DNA from: Guillardia theta CCMP2712
Taxonomy: Eukaryota; Protista; Cryptophyta
DNA length: 64,000 nt
NCBI RefSeq assembly: GCF_000315625.1
Contig: NW_005434636.1
Span: forward strand, 269,298 to 333,297
Direction of reading: 5' to 3'
Every line of letters begins with the position of its first letter. Positions within the stretch are counted from its first letter, which is position 1. Position numbers and translations under genes: made by a program. Shown piece after piece: positions 52,055-64,000 of the stretch. The notes beneath the pieces were generated by a model. The model saw nothing but the letters and a program-made list of their open reading frames with translations, ran no database searches and was not told where the DNA came from.

Positions 52055-53794
52055 CCTACATCAAGGGGGTGAAAAATCTTCACAGCAAGAATCAATCAGT
52101 GTCTTGATCTAAACTTTCTTGCTGGTATCAAAGGCAAGGCTGCGAATCTTTACTATTCAATCTGGGTTCCAAGCAGCACATAAAACCTTGATTGGAGCGA
52201 TTTTCTTTCATGCTAATGCTCTGAGTGAATTCCTTTCCTATGTTGGGAGCATCAAAATATAGAGTGGTAAACGTGCCATGGAATTTGGATGGATTCAGTC
52301 TGGTATCATGATCATCTGCAGTTGGAGCTATGTACCTCCCGATATCTTCCTGTTTCAGATTTTTGGGCTTCACTAAGAACAGTGGAGCGCATGAGCAATG
52401 AGATTGTATGGAATGTATCGGAAGCGCTAAGAAGTGCTCATGCATGACTCTGTTTGTCTCTGGCTACCTGTCACCCCCTGCCTTGTTTACTCTCTTAGCT
52501 GCTGCACATCATGTGTTCGCTCTCAAAATACCCTTTCCTGTTCCTGTCATGCTGCATCGAGCGCCGAACCACTCTGAGTCCATCTTCGTCTTTCACCTCC
52601 CTCCTGATTCTGTCCCTCTCCCAGCTCCTCCTTCTCCTCTGCCTCCCTCCTTCTTCACTTCGTCTCCTCCCTTCCACCCGCATGCTCCCACTCCCTCTGA
52701 GATCTCACCGTGACCCGCAGCCCCTCATGGCACCATGGTCCTCCTCGTACTTTTCTCGATTTCTCTATTAGGCTGAAATGCCATACATCATGTCTTCCTT
52801 CCCTGACATTGACACCCCAGAATATAAGGATTTTCAGAGTTCTCCAGGGGGGTGGGGTAGGCTCGGGGCCTCTGGCAGTCGGGTAAAAACACCCGGCGGT
52901 GGCCTCTACACAATTTGGCGCCTGATCGCACAGCTAGCGGTAGCGACATAGAAAGCGAATACTACCCCTCATTTTGAAATGAAAAAGGGGGTGATGGGAT
53001 ATGGGAAATTTCACCCCTGGCATGGTGGGGAAAAGGGGGGGTAGAAAACTACCCCAAAAACCATTCAGGATCCACTGGAACGAAATTCAGTTCTCGAGGG
53101 GTGGGGTACTTATCATTGGGGTAGGGTGTGACAATATTCCCCTTTGTACCCGTAAATTTATAACGGGAATCCTCAAATTAGGCGAGGTGGGTATGAAATT
53201 ATGTAGGTGGGGGTAGTGGATGTGTAGGGTGAAGGGCTCCGACCTGATTGCTCGTGAACACGACTACCCCCTACCCTCTCTCTGTTCAATTGTGATACTA
53301 CCCCCTTTACAAATCATAAGGACCCTACCCTGCCTTGTCGTTCGACCACCCTGGTTTTCAAGGGAAAACGATGGGGTTGGCCAGAAGATCCGCAAGTAGG
53401 AAATGTCTACACATGGGGGTAGGTGGCAGGAGTGAACGGTGGAGTTTGAAAAAGTACCGGTGATTTTCTCTAGATAATGGGGGTATTGTAATATTGGGGG
53501 GTACAGAGTGCAGGGTCTTTTGTAAAAGGGGTAGTGAAATTCAGGGGTGGGGTGGGGGGCACGTGCGAGAACAGCATAAAACGACAGGAGGGTGGAAGGA
53601 GGGCGGGGGCGAGAGGGAAGACCGAGAACGGGAGCAAGTGATGGCGAGGACAGGTTGATCCATCCCGCCAGGAGAGGAACAAAGGAGGAGAATCTGAAGA
53701 GTGAGCGCTGGTGACATAGTTGCCTCGCGGCTCTTGGACTTCTACCTCCAGTTCGGTCTGGTCAGGTTAACTTCCCAAAGGGGTTGTTGACAGT

Positions 53795-54061
53795 ATGAGT
53801 GCTTGCTTGTTGGACTTGCCATCTCAAGGGATGTTCACCAAGCTGAGAGCAAGGAGCAAGACGAAGTTTCCTCCATCATACTGTCCAACCCATGATACAT
53901 CGCCTCCTCCTGACCAGATCATCACGACGGACAAGAGCAACAGACTTCTCCTCAGGTTTCGGGCCATGCTCAAGGAACGTGAGGCAAGAAAAAGGGGTTA
54001 CAACCACGATTCAAGTGCGAAGCATGCTCATCATCCAGAAAAAAAGGCTAGAAACGCATGA
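53795..54061 (+). CDS. DDA1: DET1- and DDB1-associated protein 1
   Basis: LLDLPS...FTKL...PPSYCPTHDTSPPPDQIITTDKSNRLLLRF matches the DDA1 pattern (L.DLPS...Y.PTH...PPPDQVITT...NILIR). 88 aa. Confidence 0.85.
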   Translation: MSACLLDLPSQGMFTKLRARSKTKFPPSYCPTHDTSPPPDQIITTDKSNRLLLRFRAMLKEREARKRGYNHDSSAKHAHHPEKKARNA

Positions 54062-54742
54062 TGCGAAACTATCTGGAGCACTTCTATCATTGTAAGTACC
54101 TTTGTTTCCTATTGGTGTTATGGAACTCTTGCATTCCCTTGCTCCTTCCCATCCTCCCTTGTCCTCTTCTCTTCCCTCTTTTTCCCCATTCCAATGTCGA
54201 TCGGTGCTGTCATCCGGTGCTGGCCGTACCTTGTGGTGATAGTGAATGCATCCGAAGTGCCGTCTCTCTGGGGACGTTTATGGTGCTGTCCGCATGAAGA
54301 TCGTAGAACGAGCGCGTTTGGTTGAGATGCGGAGTCTTTATCTCTCAGAGATAAAGATGATGTAACTCCCTTTCGCACCCGCTAATTCCATATCGTTTTG
54401 TAGTTTCTATGAAGCCTTAACCATTGGGAAAAACCTAGCGGGGTACATGACAAATCAACCGCAGGTGATGGACGAGCGAGCGAAGTTGAAGACGGAGTTC
54501 GCAAGTATAAATTAGTTGTTATAACGCAAGGTCGGATTATTCTTTGAGTATTTTTTCCTAGATGTATATCGATGTACCAAATAAAGGTCAATTTTGAAGT
54601 TCAAACCAGCAACAGAGTGCAACCTCCTCACATGGATGTTAGAGAACATTTGATTTTCTAATTCTTTCATGCTTGCACTTCATTCGTTCATTGTTCAAAG
54701 AAAACCTTATCACAACAAGTCCGTTGAAGTGAGAATCTCCTT

Positions 54743-56274
54743 CTACAAGTTCCTCCTGGCGTAAGGCACATAACGGTGATCCTTTTTGGCCATTTTCTTC
54801 CTCCTCTTCGTGAGCAACTGAACCAGAAAATTCGTTAAATGCAAAGTCATACCAGAAGATCTGCTCAACACCTCATCAACTTTGCCTTTCTTGTCCTTGA
54901 TTTCCTTAAAACTTGTACTTCAATCTGAGTCGCACCTCAAACCAAAGTTCACCTCATATTTCTTTGCAAGCTCAAGAATGCGTTGATCGGACTTTTTGAG
55001 GTAAAACGGCTGTGAGAGACCAAAGATTCAGCATGATAATTGACTGGGCATTTCAGTATTCACCTTCTTCCCTTTGGCAACAGCGTCTCGCTCTGTCCGC
55101 CTTCTCTCCTTGAGCTTTTCTCTCTGCATTCGTCCGATTATTTTAGGAAACTTCACTCACGAGTCAGTACATTTGCATTGGTAGCATCTTCCTTCTGCTG
55201 TGAACGTTGTAATTCCCTCAATTCTTCCTCCAGCTGGACTCAACATCAGTTCGCCGTGGGTGACATCCCCATAGATCCAATTCAACCTGATTCCTCATTT
55301 CCTCGTTCTTTGTTTTCGCAATCTTTTGCTTCAACGATCTACAATCAATCAGAGAATGCGATGATCAAGAGAAATAGTTTACTTCATTTCTGACTTGCGC
55401 TGATCAGAGACGAAGGAGTAGGTCTTTTGAAACCTGACATCCAGAGTTAAGATGGCCGTAGCAACAAATCAGGGAGACGCAATGAGATTACAGCTCTTCA
55501 TTGAAATGTCCCGATGTTGACTCAAATCGAGGATCGCAAGACTTCCTCTGCTTCACAGGCACGACGACTCTGAAGCTATCGATAATGTCAATCGAGGGTT
55601 GCTGCATCGAAGCAATCTCACCGGGAAACGGGCTTCTTGCTCGTAGCTTCGACTGGGGCCCCCTTCACTTGCTTGATTTTCTGTCTGATTGTCATCTTGC
55701 AAATTCACACAAAATGGAATTGCTATACTTTACGAGAAGTATCCTTATTGAACTTGGAGTCCACCTTTCCATCCTTCTGCAGCTCCTGTAAACCACATTA
55801 AGGGGAATTTTCAACCGCCTGCTCAGAAATCACTTGAAGAACTTCGAAAGGAACATCAGAAAGCTCCCGCCTGGAGCCGAAAATCAAATCATCAAGACAG
55901 TTGTGCAGAAGAGCAATGAAAGACCTAGCTTTTTCTGCTTCATCTTCACTCGAGTTCTCCTGCAGTTTCGATCGTCAGGAAATGAAGAGAAGAGAGATCG
56001 CGTAGAATTCATGTACCTCGTCCTCTTCATCACTATCACCACTGACCATTGAGCTGTCTTCGTCCGATTCATTGTCCAATTCTGAAGGCTGATCGGAAAT
56101 CTTGTCATCCTCGGAGTCAGATTCCTCCTCTTTTGATTCTGATCTTGACTTGTGGGCCTTGCTCGTCTCCAATTTCTTCAGTAATTTCCCGTGGTTGGGT
56201 CCCTTCTTCATACTGTCGCTCATGCTCTTTGGAGCCCCTGTGCTCTGCTCCGATTTCTTCTTCGCAATCCCCAT
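54743..56274 (-). CDS. RRP36: Ribosomal RNA processing protein 36
   Basis: Acidic N-terminus, then KGPQSKLRARSP/PVEATSKKPVS region, DPRFESTSGHFNEE, FQKTYSF, PFYLKKSDQRILELAKKYE and terminal KRRKKMAKKDHRYVP. An extra upstream exon is possible. Confidence 0.82.
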
Positions 56275-57237
56275 CCTGTACAGGATGTGAGAGAGCAATA
56301 AATTCAACGTTGCCGTGCACTTTTCTTCCGTACAGATTATCTGACATTCCTTATCTCACACAATAAGTCTTTGGCTAGGTTGATCGCCATTAGTCTATCG
56401 CATGTGCTGAATTGTACTCATTGCTTCTTCATGGACTCAACCATGGCTCCTCTACCAGCTCCTGTTCCTTATCCTTTAACGCAGGACGTTTGATATCCAT
56501 CTTCCTTCCTCTCTCTCCGTCCCCACCCTCCCATTCGCTCGCTCGCATTCCCTCAATTTCTCATCTGGGCGGGTTTGCAAAGAGCGCACATGCAGAAGAA
56601 ACCAGAGAAGCTGGATGACCAAAATTGACCTCATCCCCCTCCATACCCTGCTAAATATATTATCCCTCATCCCATCTCATTCAGGTTTATCATCGCCCTC
56701 ATTCAACAAGGTAACCGCCAATGCCATCACCTACCCCTTTTTCCATACAAACTTGGCTTATAAAGGACCCGTACACAGAATAGTCGTTGTGTATGAATTA
56801 AATTAGAAACGGTTTGTAACGACTCTTCTGAAGGGTCGCGGGACAGAGAAGGGATGAAGGGCCGCGGCACAGGGTTTTAAAAAAACTAAAATATTTGTTT
56901 GATTTGTATGAAACGACTCTTGATCGTACCTTTACATAAAGATAAACATTCAACTAAAATTATTTTATAAAATCAAACGGTACAGATTGGGGGTTCAATA
57001 ACCCAACACCTAGCAATTCTGTACCATATCAAGATTACTTTGAAGATTGAGTTAAAGATTTAGATAATCATTCAATAGCCAGATTGATGCTCAATTCATT
57101 GTTGTGGATTGCTATCATACAGATTAAATAAATAGTTTTGTATTGTAGGTATAATTTATAAAGAGAAACCTCCAGTACTACCGAGTACCGAGAGCTTTTT
57201 AAAAAGCTGACCCTTCGTGCCTTCCTCATCGTCGCCC

Positions 57238-58578
57238 ATGGCTCAGTTCGCTTCCCCCGTCATGCGCCGTCTCCTTCAGGTACCCGCGACGTCTCCCTTG
57301 GCAATGAGCGCATGTTATTGCTTTTGAGAAGCTACCCGATGATTCTAATGGAATACTGAGTTGTTGGCTCGTCTGTTCTTGTCTATCACAACCTATTTTG
57401 GTCCATGATCTTTGATGGCGTGCAGTGGTGTAGAGTCACATAAGATTGGTTTTCGACTTTGAATGCTGACTCGCAAGCTCGGCCTTCATCCTGTTATTTT
57501 CATATTGTGTGTCCTGTTCCCTCCCATATTCAGCTCAAAACTACCTGGAACCGATACAAGCAGTAAGCATGATATCTGAATATCCTGTCGCTCTACGAGG
57601 ATCAGAGAGAATTGTGATGAAGCTGAGTGTTCTAACTGGTGTGATGATGAATGACAAGGACTTTGACTAATCTAATGAGCGTGACACTTGATTTGGTTGA
57701 TGTGTCCCTTCAGCTTTTGTACTGTACTCGCAAGTGGTGATCTTGCACATGTCGTAATGTTTGTATTTGCAGGAGGCTGAAGAGGCAGCTGCAACGGAGC
57801 CCACCGTCACCTTCCCTGATGACTACCCCAACTCCGTCAGGCACTTTCTCCTCATCGGATTCTTGGGCATGTTCATCGGAGCCATTGTGTTCTTCTACAT
57901 GGGTATCTCCCGCAAGGTCAACACAGTGATGCACGTCCTCACCTTCTTCATCGCTGCTGTTTCTGCTTGCTCCTACTACGCCGAGTGGGCTGGTCTCGGC
58001 GTCGAGTACAAGACCACCGACACCACTCCCCGTGTCATCTTCTGGGCTCGCTACCTTGACTGGGTTGTCACTGGACCCGTAAGATGTTATTCTCGCATGC
58101 CGCAGTGAGCTGACTTTGTTTTCCTCAGCTCATCCTCACTGACTTGGCTCTCCTCTCCAAGTCTGACACCCCCACCATCATCTCTTTGGTTGGCAACATG
58201 GTCCTCTACGTCATCTGCGGCCTCATTGGAGCCCTCACCGTGGCCCCTTACAAGTACATGTGGTGGGTTGCCGGACTGATCTTCTTGATCATCGTCTTCA
58301 TGCTCCTCCTCCAGCGCCTCAACAACGCTGAGGGATATGGCGGAGATGCTCTCAAGGGCTTGACCTGGCTCACCATCCTTGTGTGGATTGTCTACCCCAT
58401 CGTCTGGATTGTCGGATCTGAGGGCACTGGAGCTTTGGGTCTTTCCCAGGAGGTCGGCATTCTCACCATTGCTGATTTGATCGCCAAGATCGGCTTCGGC
58501 TTCTACCTTTTGGCCAACGTTGATGCTCCTGAGTCTGAGTCTGTTCCCCTCAACCAGTCCTCCCAGCAGTACGTTTAA
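57238..58578 (+). CDS. Type-1 (microbial) rhodopsin, DTD motif, copy 2; exons 57238-57279, 57773-58078, 58129-58578
   Basis: MAQFASPVMRRLLQ|EAEEAAATEP... The protein is identical to copy 1 from TEPTVTF to the C-terminus. GT-AG introns 57280-57772 and 58079-58128. Confidence 0.95.
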
Positions 58579-58868
58579 GAGCAACTCTGACACGTCTTCA
58601 TCGAATGAACAGGGATCTCACAGTTTCAATAGGGAACTTAGGACTTTAGAGTTTCATTAGATAGCAGAAAGCAAGAAATTTCGACTTGCTCATTGTAATG
58701 AATATGGAGTTGGAACTGTTCTAGTTCTCACACATCCACACATCGGAGTGAAGCCCCAGGTGCAATCTTGTAAATGCCTAATGCTAACAAAATGCTCTGT
58801 TGGTGGAAAAAAGAACATTGCCATCTGGATGCAGTTGTACAAGACTTTCACAGCAAGTGTGCCTCGCT

Positions 58869-59081
58869 CTATTCCTTTGAAGATTCACCTTTGCTCGGAG
58901 AAAGGACCTTCGCCGCATGATGCCATACCCACGAAGATCCATAGGCTACCGCGGCAACAACGGCGAATCCTCCCCACCCATATGATATGAACTTCTGGTA
59001 GCTTCGAAAGTTGGCAGGCAACTTGAAGAAGTCTTTGGGGAGCCTGAACAAGTCTCTGATTCCTCTTCCTTCCTCACTCAT
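58869..59081 (-). CDS. Small single-pass membrane protein (70 aa), unknown function
   Basis: MSEEGRGIRDLFRLPKDFFKLPANFRSYQKFISYGWGGFAVVAAVAYGSSWVW... One hydrophobic helix and protein-like composition. Confidence 0.5.
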   Translation of the reverse strand: MSEEGRGIRDLFRLPKDFFKLPANFRSYQKFISYGWGGFAVVAAVAYGSSWVWHHAAKVLSPSKGESSKE

Positions 59082-60336
59082 GGTCACCAGTGAGCACACA
59101 TTCTACCAGAACCTGCATGAATTTTCAGACTTCGACTCGCAATAAATTTGAGGAAACGACAGAGCCAGTGGAAACTCTTAAAAGGTTAGAAATGCAGCAC
59201 TGTGAGCAAAAGGAACTCGTTGCAGAATGATATCTTCCTATCACTCAGACAATCTTACCAGCAGCTCGTCACTCCAAGCGTTGTCTGAAATCTATCACTC
59301 CCTCACGTCCTGCTGCATAACTTTCTATCTCTATGATATTAGCATACATTCCTTTCCTCTTGTAATACCATGTCTCGCTCCACTTCCAACACCCATACCG
59401 CCACATGCCCCCCATCGTCTCCATTCAACTCCCCAACATTCCCTTGCAACAAACCCACTATACCGTACCTTCATACTCATCCCGTTTCATCCCTTACCTC
59501 CCCTCCCTCCTCTTGCCCTCCCCTTCCCTTGTTCCCCTCCTGCCTTCCCTTCATTCTCTCCTCCTGTCCTCCCTCCTGTGCTTCCCTTGCTGCCTCCCAA
59601 TCCTTGTCTTCCATTGGACCGCCATTAGTTGCGGGTTCAGTCGCAGTACCTCACAGGTGGGGTCAGGGTGGGGGTACCAATCCGCTGGTACCATAGGATA
59701 GTGGGGTACTTTGGATGTCATTTTGTAGGGTAGTGTGAATGCAAGAAGTGTGTGAGGGGGTAGGGGTGGGAGAGGTTAGAGGTTGGTGACGAGTGAATGA
59801 TAAAAGACGATGCTCAAGAGTGAAGGGAGGCGACAGCGGGAGAGCAGGAGGGCAGAGCAGAGCAGAACAGAGCAGAGCAGAGCAGAGCAGAGCAGAACAG
59901 AACAGAACAGGAAACGGAATAGTGTCGACTACGATGCAGGGTAAAAGGGAAGACAAAGTTGCAGAGCAAGCGGGGAAAGGTGGAGGAAGGAGAAAGGGAA
60001 GACGAGAGGAGGGATGCGTAGAAGGATAAGAAACTTTATCGTGCAAGTTAGGAGGGGGAAGATGATTGCAACATGAAAAATTGCCTCAAGATGAACTTTT
60101 GGTGTTGAGAATCAGGATGAGAGCTTTCCACTTTCATAACAAGCTGCGAACTATGTGTAGGAGAATTACACTTCAAGGACCTCCCTCACACAGAAGTTGA
60201 TTCTTGTGGTGCTGAATGTGCTATCCAGGCCTCGAAGTCGAGTTCGCTGACTTGTGGACAATCATCTTGCTCTGAAACAGAGGCCTTGTTGCTCATCAAC
60301 CAATACGAGAGTCCCTGAAGTTCCTGCACGAGTAGA

Positions 60337-64000
<3,664 letters not shown>

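Overview
Gene-dense, intron-rich eukaryotic nuclear DNA with many ~45-55 nt GT-AG introns, some longer microsatellite-filled introns, and one 100-N assembly gap at 4349-4448. Signal peptide+Phe bipartite plastid-targeting N-termini, type-1 rhodopsins and small RWP-RK genes point to an alga with a red secondary plastid, most plausibly a cryptophyte such as Guillardia theta (inference). Recognisable genes: two DTD-type microbial rhodopsin paralogues at opposite ends of the window, an MtaD-like amidohydrolase, a USP deubiquitinase, tri-ubiquitin, an extended SDR, IscA/ISCA2, three tandem RWP-RK genes plus a fragment, a membrane protein with a SPRY domain, an FAD monooxygenase, a plastid-type protein with three near-identical START/cyclase domains, an SGNH hydrolase, an RsuA-family pseudouridine synthase, a TPR protein, PEX2, THOC1, DDA1, RRP36 and SCYL1. 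Mobile-element relics: an AT-rich island with a P-element-like transposase pseudogene and zinc-finger ORFs, and an RLE-type non-LTR fragment. Most notable observations: (i) the two rhodopsins, 57 kb apart, have divergent first exons/introns but are almost identical from exon 2 to exactly the stop codon; they keep an R[RH]LL-Q propeptide-like motif and have an unusual retinal pocket; (ii) the RWP-RK array shows the same variable-N-terminus/homogenised-core pattern; (iii) recurrent non-coding signals: GGGGTA clusters in 5' regions, GC-rich 'stutter' islands and a dispersed AACTTTGAGTAAAG 14-mer. Exon boundaries were read by eye; family calls rest on remembered motifs, not database searches.
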